Source: Amoebophrya sp. A120 (taxonomy: Eukaryota > Protista > Dinoflagellata). Taken from it: DNA of 64,000 nucleotides. The notes under the pieces were generated by a model, which worked only from the letters and a program-made list of their open reading frames with translations, was not told where the DNA came from and ran no database searches. Location of the stretch: positions 1,472,269 to 1,536,268 of the forward strand of contig CAJINV010000017.1 of assembly GCA_905178155.1 (NCBI GenBank), given 5' to 3'. The position numbers and the translations under genes were made by a program. Positions 49,508 through 62,017 of the stretch are shown piece by piece. Within the stretch, counting starts at the first letter, position 1, and every line of letters starts with the position of its first letter.

Positions 49508-52500
49508 ATGACAAGACGGGCCGCGGCTTCCCTTTTTGTCCTCGGAACTGGCGTCACAGCGCTGGACGAAAGCTCACCAGCAATGATGGGCATGGACAGG
49601 GGGAATATGAACTTTAAGGTGACCTGAGTAAAAACGTACCCACACCAGAGTCAGGATGGGGATTTTGCAACACAAACCTAGGAGTTTTGTGAGTCACGCA
49701 TGACAAGTTGCACTCTGCAGTGTAGTGCAGGTTAGCAAGTGCAGCCGCGTCACAGATTCGTCTGCTCATCCTGTATACAGCATCACAAATTCCGAGACAC
49801 GATGGGAAATGGCTCTCATGGGGATGCGCATTACAAGCCTTGCTGTCTTTGCAAATCTGCATTACAACTCTGGTGTGGGTACGTTTTTACTCAGGATATA
49901 AGGTGACCTTGATTGAGGACCGAAAACACGACCTGGCGCTCAACATCCACAGTCAGAGAAAAACACCCTCAGCGGTCTCCTTCGCGGGCAAAGTAAGAAC
50001 ATACGGCGACCAGGCCATCGCAAGTCAGAACAAGCAGGACACCGGGGCGTTTAGTTACATCAACAGGTAGAATTAATCTCGTACAGTGGTGAGAAATATT
50101 TTTTGTGACTGATGTGACGAGTTGTAGACCCTCAACATAATCTCATTTGCAGATTCAGAAGCGGCGGAGGGACGAACATACAGGCGTCATCAATACCGAC
50201 TCCACATAATAAATTCGAGTTTCTTCATAGAAAAGTCTTCATCAGCTTTCTATCATGCGACGAAGGCAAAGAAGATGATAAAGAGTTGATATTGTACGAG
50301 CACGACGAACCGCGGAAAGCGTCAAAGACGATGATCTGCTGAGCACGTTGAAATAATATATATTACAATCTCAATCGCTACTGTCAACACAGGCTACTGG
50401 GTCTGTCCGCCGCCGACTGCGACAAGGAAGACCCGAAAGAGTGCCTGGGGGACGTTCTCGGGCTCGACCGGGACTACTACCAATCTTACGGCCTGCACAA
50501 GAACGAGACGCGCGGCACTTTCGAATTGCTGACGGATAAGCAGAAGGAGGAGAAAATGTCCCTGGAACTGATCACCGCCAACATTCTGCAGTACGCGCGA
50601 GGTATCGCCGAGGACAAGAACGACGGAAAGGCGATTCGCGACGCCGTCATCACCGTACCAACGAATTGGAACCAGAGGCAACGGCAGGCATTGCAGGACG
50701 CCGCAAAAATTGCGGGCTTGAACAGCTTGTTGATCCACGAAACCCCGGCGGCGGCGGTCAACTTGGCGATGGACTGGGCCAAGGACACGACGGAAAACGT
50801 CTTGTAATATTTATTCGACAGAAGTTCTTGCTGCTTTAACACACTCATTATTGGACGACCACCTGCTGGTCAATTGATTTTTTCCACTCAGTACAGTGAT
50901 AGATTCTCGCGTCACCAGCAGCAGTTGGAGCATTTTAATAACTGTACTTCTATCTTCACCAACCTGATCAGGTTCTACAACATGGGCGCCCGCACCACGG
51001 AAGTGTGCATCGCCGAGTTTTCCCCCCGTCAGGCTGGTATGGTGGCTGGTCGCACCACGCCCGCCATTGTCATGAAGGGCTGCGTGCATGACGAGAGAAT
51101 CGGTGGCCATTTGGGGGATATCGCCATCGCTGACGAGATGAAGAAGCGATTCATCAAGAAGTACTGAATGTTTTCTTGCGACTTGTGTGATAGATTTGAA
51201 ATATGCGCTCCTTGCAGTCTGTGTTGACGCTGAAAATGAAATTGAAAACGCTCGACCATACCTGGCACGCGCACGGCCACGAATGGTACTATAATGTTGA
51301 CAGCTCATGATTGATTTCCACAGGTTCCCGAAGCTTTCTGACATCGAGAAGCACCCGCGTGCGCTGCGAAAGCTGTTGGGCCAGGCACTGAAGTCCAGAC
51401 ACCAGCTGTCTGCCGGGAAGGACACGTTTTTCTCCGTGGAAGGGTTGTACGAGGAGAAGGATTTTCAGACGAAAATGACCCGGGCGGAATTTGAGGACCT
51501 GGAGATGATGAAACAAATGTGGTCCATTCTCACCGAACCGATCGACGCCGTGTTGGCGAAGGCGCAGATGACATTGAAGGACATCGATCTCATGGAAATC
51601 GTCGGAATGGCCTGGCGCATGCCGAAAGTGCAAGAGGTACTCTTATCAAAAACGACGATGATGTCAGGATAGGTTATTTCTGCACTTTGTAGTTTTTGAT
51701 TTTCGTGCTTGTCCTGGCTCATTCTCATGCGCAGTTTTTGACATTTTTCTTTTTGCATGGCTGGGAGTTCGATGATCCCGAGCATGTTCATAGTGATCTG
51801 TTTGCTTTGAACAAAGAGATGAAATGAATTTGTGATGTAAATCATCATCATCAACTACCTGCTCAGATCCTGAACGACTACTTCTCGAAAGCGCAGGAAG
51901 CGCGGAAGGGCAAGGACCAGTTGGTCCTTGGACAGCACCTGAACGGAGACGAGACCTTCGTCCTTGGTGCCTCTTTGTTCGCCGCCAACCACTCCAGGGC
52001 CGTGCGACCGCCGAAGAGGGTCTTCTTCCAGGACACAACCCACGATCACAAGTATAATAAATTTCTATTTGTATCATGATTATATGTACTTAGCTTTGCA
52101 TCGTTGACGTTGCCCATGAGAAATTTGCTCTTTGTTTTTTCAACGGCTAGCACTTCTGCAGATGGGTACACGAAAGATAAGAAGAATTGAACTCAGCACG
52201 AAGAAACAGGATTCTGATCCAGCTTTTTATTTCAACATGACCAGCACAACTTTGATTTTTCGCCCAATTCTTACCCGCCCTACATCAGCTACACCATTGA
52301 CCTCCTGTCCCTCTCCGATGAAACGCCGATCAAGAACACCACCGATATCGCTTCCCTCGGGTCCCGCTATGGCGTGAAGAAAAAAATCACGGTGAGTGAC
52401 GCGAAGCAGGATTTTACCATTAAGCTCTTCGAGAACGGCAAATGGCTGACCAGCTGGACGATCACGGGCCTCGAGGAGGCCATCGAAAAAGACTACGCGC

Positions 52501-55439
52501 ACGTGGTCAACAACAGTACCAATCCGGCCCCCAAGGTCGCGTTCACCATCGGCCCGGATGCGAGTGGGGTCATCGGGATCTCCAAGAAGGTCGAGGCACT
52601 GTTTGTCGAGGAAGTAGAGGAGGAAGTTGTGGACGAGGAAGCTATGGCGGCCAGGAGAAAGTACTGGATTTGTTTGCAATTTCTCCACTACCATAACCAG
52701 TGAACACACGATCACGTCGACCCAGACAAAAAATAAATGATTGAAGATTTTTTATTCTCGCCACATCGATTCAACTGTTGGTTGTTACTGTTTATTGTGA
52801 TTGAAAATTGACTAAGTATGATACTTTTTGAGCTTATCGTAGACCACATAAATTCTTCTTCATCTTCCCGCACATGATCTTCGTATCAGGCGCAAGCTCG
52901 AGAAGGAACGTAAGGCGAAAAAGGCGAATGAGACGAACAGCACGACGAACAGCACCGAAGATAGCGCCGAAACCAACAGCACAACGGAGGAGAAGAAGGA
53001 TGAGACGGGTGAGAAAAAAGAGGAATCAACAGAAGAGAAAAAGGACGAGGATGGTACCACGGCAACTGACGAAAAGAAGGACGAGACTACTTCTTCTACC
53101 GAAGAAAAGAAAGAAACCGAGGAGACTTCTACGGAGGAGAAAAAAGCTGAGGAGGAGTCTGCGGAGGAAAAGAAATCTGACGGGGATTCAGCCGGCGCTT
53201 CGGAGGAGAAGAAGGACGAGACGGCTAAGGAAGATGCCGAGAAAAAATCCGAGGACGACGATCTGGATGATGACAAGCCCATCATGAAAACACGCATGAA
53301 AAAGAAGAACCACATCATCAGTTTGAAGGTAGAGATATGGAAATTCAAATTTCTGCTTTATGTATTGTCTATCGTGGCGGTCGTGAGCTTCAACTTCTTG
53401 AAGAGCGACACATTAAAGTCAGGCTATTTCGAGAGCGAGATATCACATCAGAAGGCCAGCGATTCTTGCAATTTTTCGGCATTTTGCGCAGCTTTTGGAG
53501 CTGTAAATGGCGATGCGCATATTGATTTTTCTTTTCAAATCTTCATTTTCATCAATTCAAACCACCAGGTCAACCGCGACGACGCGTTCCCGAAGCCGAT
53601 GACGCCTGAGGAAATTACCTTCGCACAGGACATGCTGTTTAAGATGACGAAGCACGACGCCGAGTCCGCAGAAATGGACGAAGTCAAGAACGATCTGGAA
53701 TCCTTCTTCTACGAAGCAAGAGAAAAACTCGAGTACAACGACGCTTACAAAACCGTGACCACCGAGGAGCAGAGGAAAGAGCTGCTCGACAAAGTCCAGG
53801 AGGTACTTAATTATACCTGTTGTCATGTTTTTATGTGCCAGATTTCATTGTAGTTTTCCTTTTCTCCAACTTGCTTCCATTTTTCCCAAATGGAGGACGG
53901 AGCAACGTAGTAACTCTAGCGTCGTGCTGCAGGGCTCCTGGCGAGGCTGCGCCCCCAGCTTACGCTTGTTTATGTTTTTCGTTCGGTTTCTTGAAGTGAA
54001 ATTTTTATCAAACCAATCCTCAGACCGAGACGTGGACGGAGGACGAGATCACGAAAGACACGTCGCTCGCCGAGATTATCAAATGCAAAAATGTCTGGGT
54101 CTGGAAGAATGCAACCTGTGATGCTAATTTTGGATTCTAGAAAAATCTGTATTGCATGACCAGCAAGAGGAGTCCAGTTTCTGCTATGCGGGGAGGCCAT
54201 TTGTCATGCGGAATAGGCATCAAAAAGCACTCAGAAAATCTGTGATGCCAGGGAATACATCACAGACGTCACGGGCCATGTAAAATCTACATGACAAGTT
54301 CGCATTCTTCCAGACCCAGACATTTTTACACTTGATAAAGATCAAGGAGAAACTGAAGGCCCTGGAGGAATTGATGATCCCGATCAAAGCCCGGGCGATT
54401 GAATTCGACTCCCGCGCGGACTTTATCGTGCTGATGGACAAGGAGGTCGGCAAAATCGAGGATTTGAAAACGAAAGTCAAGGGTATGCCCTGGCTGAAGG
54501 CGGAGGAAGTCGACAAGGCGCTGAAGAAGGTAGAGGATTTTGCCGCGGACTGGGACAAGAAGAAGGCGGAGCAGGCCGCCAAGCCGGGCCACGAGGAACC
54601 GGTCTTCACGAAGGCACAGATCGAGGGCTACTTCGACCGGTCCACGGTGGATCTGAAAAAGCTGTCCAAGGTGAAAAAGCCCAAGGAGCGCAAGACCAAG
54701 ACCCGCGGAGCCGGGAAGAAAGGTAGGGATCGATCGATCGTGGATTTTTGTGTCAAATAACAAGTAGCTTTGACGGTGACGATGTAGTAGACATTCATCT
54801 TGCTAATGGAGGTTCCGTCCATCGTACATCGTTGGTTTCGAGAACAATATTCTGCGTTAGCACGATAGTTTAGTTTTCGCGGAATCGGAAAGTTGGTATG
54901 CATGACTTTCAGTGATAAAGAGCACCTTCCTCTTGTGAGAAATTCATCGTATAAATATCATTCTGAACCCTCCAGCCGCCAAGGAAGACCCCCGCACTGA
55001 GGAGCAGCTGCAGGAGGAGCTGAAGAAGGTCGAGAAGGAGTTGGAAGACATCAAGGCCAAGAAGATGGAGGCCGTCACCAAGGAGGACTATGACGAGGCG
55101 GACAAGCTCAAGCAGGAGGAGAAGACCAAAAACGCGGCCGTCGAATCCCTAAACGCAGCCATGGAGGCACTGAAGGCGAAAACCGCGGACAAGGAAAAGA
55201 AGAAGGACAGTGGGTCGTCTTCGAAAGAAGCAGGAGAGAAAAAAACCGAAACTTCTTCGGAAGAAAAGAAGAAGTCGGAATCCGATGAGGATGCGAATAA
55301 ATCGGATTCCGATGCAACTGCTAGCGGGGACGCGAAGAAGGAAGAGACGAGTGGGGAAAAGACAACCGGTTCATCGGAGGAAGCCGGTGCGAAATCGAGC
55401 GACGAGAAGACGGCTGGGGAGGAACAGCAGGAGCTGTAA
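49508..55439 (+). CDS. HYOU1: ER Hsp70-family nucleotide exchange factor HYOU1/GRP170 (multi-exon)
   Basis: Signal-like N-terminus; SQRKTPSAVSF, DAVITVP, FYNMGA, HLNGDE and KNDLESFFYE motifs; acidic insertion; C-terminal QQEL. Nine GT-AG introns plus two introners. An upstream ATG at 49406 is possible. Confidence 0.9.
49620..49898. mobile_element. Introner family A (279 bp); its boundaries are GT-AG (49619-49902)
   Basis: Family A sequence; TSD TAAGG; the left terminus reads TGACC instead of TATCC. Confidence 0.95.
54077..54337. mobile_element. Introner family B (261 bp)
   Basis: TIR TATCAAATGCAAAAATGTCTGGGTCTGGAAGAATGC; TSD GAGAT/AAGAT. Removal gives SLAEI-KEKL. Confidence 0.93.
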
Positions 55440-58318
55440 GCGATTGTGATTGATGATGAAAAATCCACCTCTGCGGGGAAGGAACGACAACGAGAAATAT
55501 TAAACATTGCAGAGCTTCTTGTCGCGTGCCGCGATGAACATACAAAATGAACCACATTTCTCACCACTGGAGGGACGTCAACCGCGCATCAGCAAATCTT
55601 CGAGCAGTAAGATGACAAGATAAAAACTACGACTCCTCGCTGAACAATACGAACAACAGCGGGCGGTTGTAACAGGAACAGGGCGCTGCACGAGTAACGC
55701 ACTACACGCCTCGATCTCTGATATGTGGAATTCCCTCTGGGGTGTGAATGTTAAAGTTGAAACGAATATGAAACAAAGACAAGAATGTAACAGCAGCAAA
55801 TCCATTTTGTACACCCGTTCTTAAAGACAAATGACATTATTTTCAACGAAACTTTTCAACCGTTTGGTATTTTGATTCTCAGAAGACAATGACAAAGAAA
55901 TATAGCAAGAGCCGCTGTGCATGACGACGGCTTTTTATCGAAGATATATAGCAGCACATAGATGGCTACAGGAGAATGACATAGCAGCCATTCCAAGATA
56001 GCACAGATGCTGTCTATATGATAGTACTACAAGAACGAACAAGACTTCATTAGCTTTTTTTTTTTAGAGCGACAGCCCCCTACACTTGGAAAGTTTCCTT
56101 TTTGGTAGCACCTTCTAGCGACCCCACCCTTTCCCGTGGCATGTCTCCCCATGATTTTCCGCTCTGTTGCTCAGAAACCTTTGAGAATGAACCGGGTCGC
56201 ACGAGAAGAAGCCTAGAGTAGCAGCAAAAAAAAGGATGGATCATGATGAGCGAATGCGTTTGGCAAAAAGAAACGCCTGCACAGCTTGCACTTTTCGAAG
56301 TTTTGTGTTCCGCTACTTCCCCTTGCAGCTGATCCGAGATGTAGAGAGTGTGGAAATACCAGCCACCTGGCTGGCCCCTCCATGTTTTTGTTTTTTGAGC
56401 CATTGTTAATCCTGTCGGGTGCATATCAGTGAGCAGCGCCCTGCCCTCGCTTATGGTGGGGCATGGCGGCCGCCCGTTCCCGCTGTCAGGGGGGGCGGCA
56501 GGGCGCAGCATCCGGCGGGGGCGCAAATTGGCCGGCCCGCGATTTGGCTCGCTGGCTGCCTCCCAATCTCCCGAAGAAGGACCCCGCAACGCCTGTGCGC
56601 GCGTAGATCGATCGCGGCCGCCAAGGAAGACGCCAACCCGGGCGCGGGCTCCCTGAGTCTTCGCTCGCCCTTGGCCGACTTCCAGATCCAGGCCGGGGCT
56701 ACCGGACTAGGCGGCCGGCTTTGCCGCCTTTCGGGGGGCGGTCGGAGGGTCCGCGTGCCCATTGGGCAGGGGCGCGCCCGGCGATTGGCGGCACCGGGCC
56801 CGCCCCTGTTGATTCAGCAGCGAGGGCGCAGCGCCCGGCTTTGGCGGAAATTAAACGGCCGGCCCGCCCCCAGATGCAAGCACGTCTGCCCCCCTCCTGA
56901 AGGGGGGCCCCGCTGTGATTGCCAGGGCCGGCGTTGTGGTCGGTGCCGGCCGGGCGGTGCGGGGCGGCGCCCGCCAATTAAGGCGATCACCTGACTCCGC
57001 AGGCTTGCAGTGATGCGCATGGATGGCGTCGCGATAGCAGTACTAAACTCCGACAGCGTAACCACGCAAAGCGTGTGGCTCCGCGCGAATGCCATGCGAT
57101 TTGTTTCCATCGTTGCGGCTATCTCAAGCACCCCACGAACCTGCCGAAGTTGTCGCGGAGCGCCTTTCTTCAATGTTCGCTCGCAAAGTTGCCACGCGCG
57201 CGAATTTGCCGAGCCGCCCACGAGGCGCTGACTGTGTGGGCGGGTGTGCCCGGATGGTCGCGGTAGCAGTCTGCGAGTGGAGTGTCTCGAGTCAGTGGCG
57301 GCAGCCGAGCGCAGAAAGAACTCCGCCGACTGCCTGCGGCCCACCCGCGCCACCCCTAAAAGCAACGTAGTTCGGCCCTCTTCATTTGGCCGCAGATTTG
57401 CAGTCATATACCAAGCAGGAGGGGGCAAAGAATTACGCGGGCGATCTCGGGGGGGGGGGGGGGCGCCGCAGGCAGCCAGCCAAGCTAGCCGCCCCAATCA
57501 CGGCCGCGGGGCGGCGCGCTCCATCCTTCCGCCCCGGCCGTCGTGCGTGCGCCCGAACGACCTCGCGCCCGGCGGGCGCAGACGCTCGGCCCGCCGGGGC
57601 CTTCCGGGATGCAGGGCGGGGGGGGGGGCGGGTGAGGAGGGCGCCGCCCCTACCCCCGGCCCGCCGGCCGCCCCTCGGCGTTTTATTTTATATCCAGCAC
57701 GCAGCACCGCAGGCCCCAAAGTGCGTGCTTGGGGGTCCCGTGACCCACCTGCCTAGTGGGCGCGGGTTGTTTGTCTAATACATGGCCAGGCGGTGCTGGC
57801 GCGGCGCAAGGAAGTGGGGGGGGGGGGCGTCGCCGCCTTTCTTTGCCGGGCTGGCAGGCAGCGCCAGACCCGCCCTGGCGCAAGCATTCGACCTAGGGGC
57901 GATTCTTGTGTCACTTCTTGAAGCCGGCCCGCCCATCAAGCGGTTGCGGCCGGCCGGGGCGTTGTGTGTGTGTCGAGCAAATGGGCCCGTGCCGCCCGCT
58001 CGAGTAAATCAATTAGTCAGCAGATAGCCCGGCTTTGAAGGCGTGACCCAGCGGGGCCCCTCCCTCGTCTGTTCCTTTGCATTAATTCTTGTGAGCAGAA
58101 GTACTTCAGTTTAGTCTGGCAATAGATGACTGTCGTGTATCGATCTGCTTCTTTTGGTTTGCGCACAGGCGACGAAGTTCTGTTGCCAGTAAGTATCATG
58201 CTGTCGCTCAAGAACGACATGAAAAGCATCTTCTTCACAAACTTGCAGTGGACACAACCATCGATAAAAAGGCTAGGTAAGAAGACCCGCCCTTCTAAGA
58301 TCAAATGTGGTGAACAAA

Positions 58319-61300
58319 ATGCCAACTACATCTTTCACATGTAGTGAACAAAATGCCCCGACATCACTTTCCCGGCAATGTGAAGCTCGCGGCGGTCTTA
58401 GAGGTGCAGACTCTGCGCCCGCTATCAATCACCGGCAGCACGGCCGGACTGTGCTTCGAATCCGCGCGCGCGCATTTCTTGCGTTGCAGATTTTCCAACT
58501 TCAATTGCACGACCGCGTTGCGTCATCATCGGCCTTTCCTGTTTCTTCAACTACGTCTTCTGCTACATCAACAGAAGAAAGGAGTGGAGGGCTAGGCCTT
58601 CGCGCTTCTAGACGACCAGCAGGAAGAACAGCAAGCGCCAACGTTTTACCGCACCTGGAGTTCACGCTCGACCTTTCAAAATCGCTAGGCGAGTCGACCT
58701 CAAATTTTGTCTGCGCGACCCTCGATTGGTGGCCGAGAGAGCAGAATGACGACGGCCGCTTTCCTTGGCAGTTTAACACAACGATTCCCTGGCTGGACGC
58801 GAAAAAACTTGTTCCCTTTGTGCGGGGAATGCAGCACGAGCGTCCTGCCCCTGCAGGTGGACAAGCGCCTCGCCCTCGCGAGCCAAGGGCACCAGATGGG
58901 AGAGACGCCCGTGCGGAGAACGGAAGTCGTGGGGCATCAAATGCAGGAAGCTACGTTCCTAGTACTACAGTTGAGCCCCCCAGTCGCGAGCGAGAGCTTT
59001 CTTCAACAATAAATCACCCTCCTGTCATATGGAAGCGTCAGGTTTGAAATCGCCAAAGTTGAAATAATTTGTGATGCATAAACTGCATAGCGCGAAATAC
59101 GTGTGTTGCAGAGCAGGCAAGGGAGGCCGATTGTAAGCCTGTTCGGGGTTAGAGCTCGAGCTGCTAAAGTAGCATGAGAAAATCAGTCCTCTTTGCCTAA
59201 ACAGCATCACAAACTGGATTTAAGCATCGCCAAAATTTGTCATGCGCTACTTGGAAACTGGGTTCCAACTGGCATCCATTTCATGCATCACAAACTATTT
59301 CAACTTTCACGATTTCAATCCTGACACTTCCATATGTCATCCTTCGTGTTGGCGGTTCCTGCGGCGATTTGATCATCTACGAGGAGCGGCTGGACGAGGA
59401 TGAAAAAGCGGTGCAGAGCTGGAACCATTTTCGGGAGACACACGGTACCTACCTCCCGAAATCTTCCTTCGAGCCCCACCCGAAACCGGAGCCCTGCCCC
59501 GACTTCGAGCCCAACCCAGACAACCCGCCTCTGTATTACACGAACGGCTGTTTGAAACGGGAGAAATTGAAGAATTTGCTGGAATTCTGCGAACAGGCGA
59601 ACTGCAAGATCATCTTCGGTTTGAACGGGTTGTTCGGGGAAAAACTGGTCCCTCTTCCGAACAAAAATCCGAAAATCCCCGACTACAAGTATTTCGGCCG
59701 GTGGAACCCGCGCAACGCGTTTTATCTGCTGTGGTTCGTGAAGTTTGTGCTGCGGAAATCGCACGTGATCCTCGGATTTGAGTTGGGGAATGAGCTAGGC
59801 GGGATTCCGGGCGTGCCGGTGAAATTCTCGGTGGAGCATTACGCAGCGGCGTATAGGATTTTGGAGAAGCTGGTGAGCTGGTTTAATGATAACGACGAAA
59901 CGGCTTTGGACTGGTCGGGCTCCTCCTCGTCGAAAGCGGCGAGTAAACTCCTGGACGGCCGCGGTGACAGAGCACTCTCCAGCACTTCGTGGAAGGTCAG
60001 TGACGAACAGCCACCGAGGCAGGAGGATTATGATGTCGCAGAAAATATTAAACCTCGACCCCACGACGGTGCTTCTTCTTCAACAGCGAAGAACACGTCG
60101 TCGAAGAACACGCCAGCAGTAAAAACAACAAAGACAGCCTGGCAGCTCTTCGGCGTCGCGAGTTGGTTCGACTACGAGTGGCTTCGGCGGTTCCAGGAAT
60201 TGCTGAAATTTCCACACTTCACCTTCACCACCCACCTCTACAGCCTCGGGTCTGGGCCGGGGCAAACGAGGAAGGCGTTGATCGAGGGAAAAATCCTGAA
60301 CGCGACCTACCTGGACGAAATGCACACTGTCGCGAGAAGCAACAAACAACTTCTCCACCACTTCCGAGAAGACTACGGGCCGACGAAGGACAAAAATTTG
60401 AAGATCATGCTGGGCGAGTCCGGGGGCGCGTTTGGGTCCGGGGCAACAAACATCACCGACGGTTTCTACTCGGGGTTCTGGTTCCTGGACCAACTCGCGA
60501 TCTTCGCCATCCACGGGGAAAACGTGCATTACTGCCGGCAGACGCTGGTCGGCGCCTTTTACGAATTGGTGAGCGGGGAGTTCTATCAAATGTAAAAGTG
60601 TCTGGGTCTGGAGAAAAGCAGCGCTTGTCATGAATATTTAGCATGACCCCTGATGTCTCTGATGCATGCCCTAGCATCACAGATTTGTTGAGGGCTTTGC
60701 GATGCCTGTACTGCATGAGAAATGCCCTCTCCGCGTAACAGAGAATGGACCTCTTTTGCTGGTCACGCTATACAGATTCTGTGTAGAATCCAAAGGCAGC
60801 ATCACAAGTTGCAACCTTCCAGACCCAGACATTTTTACAGGTGATAAGTTCCTGGTCCCAAATCCGGACTGGTACGTCAGTTCGCTGTGGAACTTATCAA
60901 ATGTAAGAATGTCTGGGTCTGGAAGATTCTGAGACTTGCCATGCATGTTTTGCATTGGCCATGATGTCTGTGATGCATGCCCTAGCATCACAGATTTTCT
61001 GAGGGCTTCGCGATACCCATTCCGCATGACAAATGCCCTCTCCGCGTAGCAAAAATTGCACTCCCTTTGCTGCTCATCCAATACAGATTTTTTTGGAATC
61101 CAGATTCAGCATCACAAGTTGGTTCTTCCAGACCCAGACACTTTTACATTTGATAGAACTACTTCATTCGGGAAGGTGGGGAGTTTCTGGAGATTAAGGA
61201 AAGCGCTGGGGTTTACTTGCCGCAAGTTCTTGCAAATGGAGAAAAATACGATCCTCTTCGTTTTGCAGATGGTGAAATAAATGGGTGGAGTTATAGTGTA

Positions 61301-62017
61301 GAGGGTTCAACAGCAGGAGCAGGTAGAACAACAAAGGCCACGACTTCAAAGAATATCCGGATGTATGCGCACCGGCGAGAAGCTGACGCAAGCACTTCCA
61401 CTGCCGCAGGCAATCACGTTGCAAGAGAAGGCCAAACACTACGTGGTGACATGGTCACGGTGATTTTCCTTAACCTGGGCAACGAGCCGGTGCGGGTTAG
61501 CCTTGCAAGCAGCGGCATGTTCGGGTTACCAGACCCAGGCAGTGCTGACAAGAACTCTTTCTCTCTGGTGAAAACACGGGAGTGGGTTTTTGAGGACGTT
61601 GAATCTACTACCTTTACTGCAGAACAGCATGATGAGAAACCGAAACGACCAAAGCCCAAAGTCCTCATCAACGGGAAGCCGGTTATTTGGAGGCCGGAGT
61701 TTGAGAACGCAAGGATTTGGATCGAAGAGTACGGGAAAAAGTTTCCAGCAGCAGTTTCGACTTCCAATGGAGATGATGTAGCGACTGCGAGGACAGTGGC
61801 ACCGCAGCTATTGGCAACCGCATCTTCTTCAGAAGACGCTTCCATTCTCCCGCCGCGAAGCTACGGCTTTCTGGAATTCAACCTCGCGACCGCGGATGGC
61901 ATGGAAAAAAGAGCAGGCACCGCCGGGATGATGACGCAAAAACCGCCACTGCAGAAAAATACGCAGCAAGATGACCAGAATGAACAAGTGTCGGATGCTG
62001 ATACTTTCTACGCATAG
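58319..62017 (+). CDS. Heparanase-like glycoside hydrolase family 79 (4 exons, 3 introners)
   Basis: FVCATLDWWP, LRVGGS, FELGNE (acid/base), GESGGA (nucleophile), YCRQTLVG and PNPDWY motifs. The start is uncertain. Confidence 0.9.
59028..59334. mobile_element. Introner family C (307 bp)
   Basis: TIR TATGGAAGCGTCAGGTTTGAAATCG / CGATTTCAATCCTGACACTTCCATA; TSD TGTCA. Removal gives PPV-ILRVGGS. Confidence 0.95.
60584..60846. mobile_element. Introner family B (263 bp)
   Basis: TIR TATCAAATGTAAAAGTGTCTGGGTCTGGA; TSD AGTTC. Removal gives GEF-LVPNPD. Confidence 0.95.
60895..61155. mobile_element. Introner family B (261 bp)
   Basis: TIR TATCAAATGTAAGAATGTCTGGGTCTGGAAGA; TSD GAACT. Removal joins the frame to ORF 61217-62017. 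Confidence 0.95.

Noticed and set aside
12411-49862. Recurring small ORFs (MQVS..RIT..ITNS; MSCVTPKAPRF) at 12411, 35807, 36089, 42733, 42841 and 49614 that look like a protein family
   Set aside because: They are translations of family A introner copies. They have no transposase motifs and their starts and stops are inconsistent.
11965-62017. Calling the interrupted genes pseudogenes
   Set aside because: Outside the elements and introns the frames carry no stops or frameshifts and catalytic motifs are intact, including in HYOU1 and ASF1.
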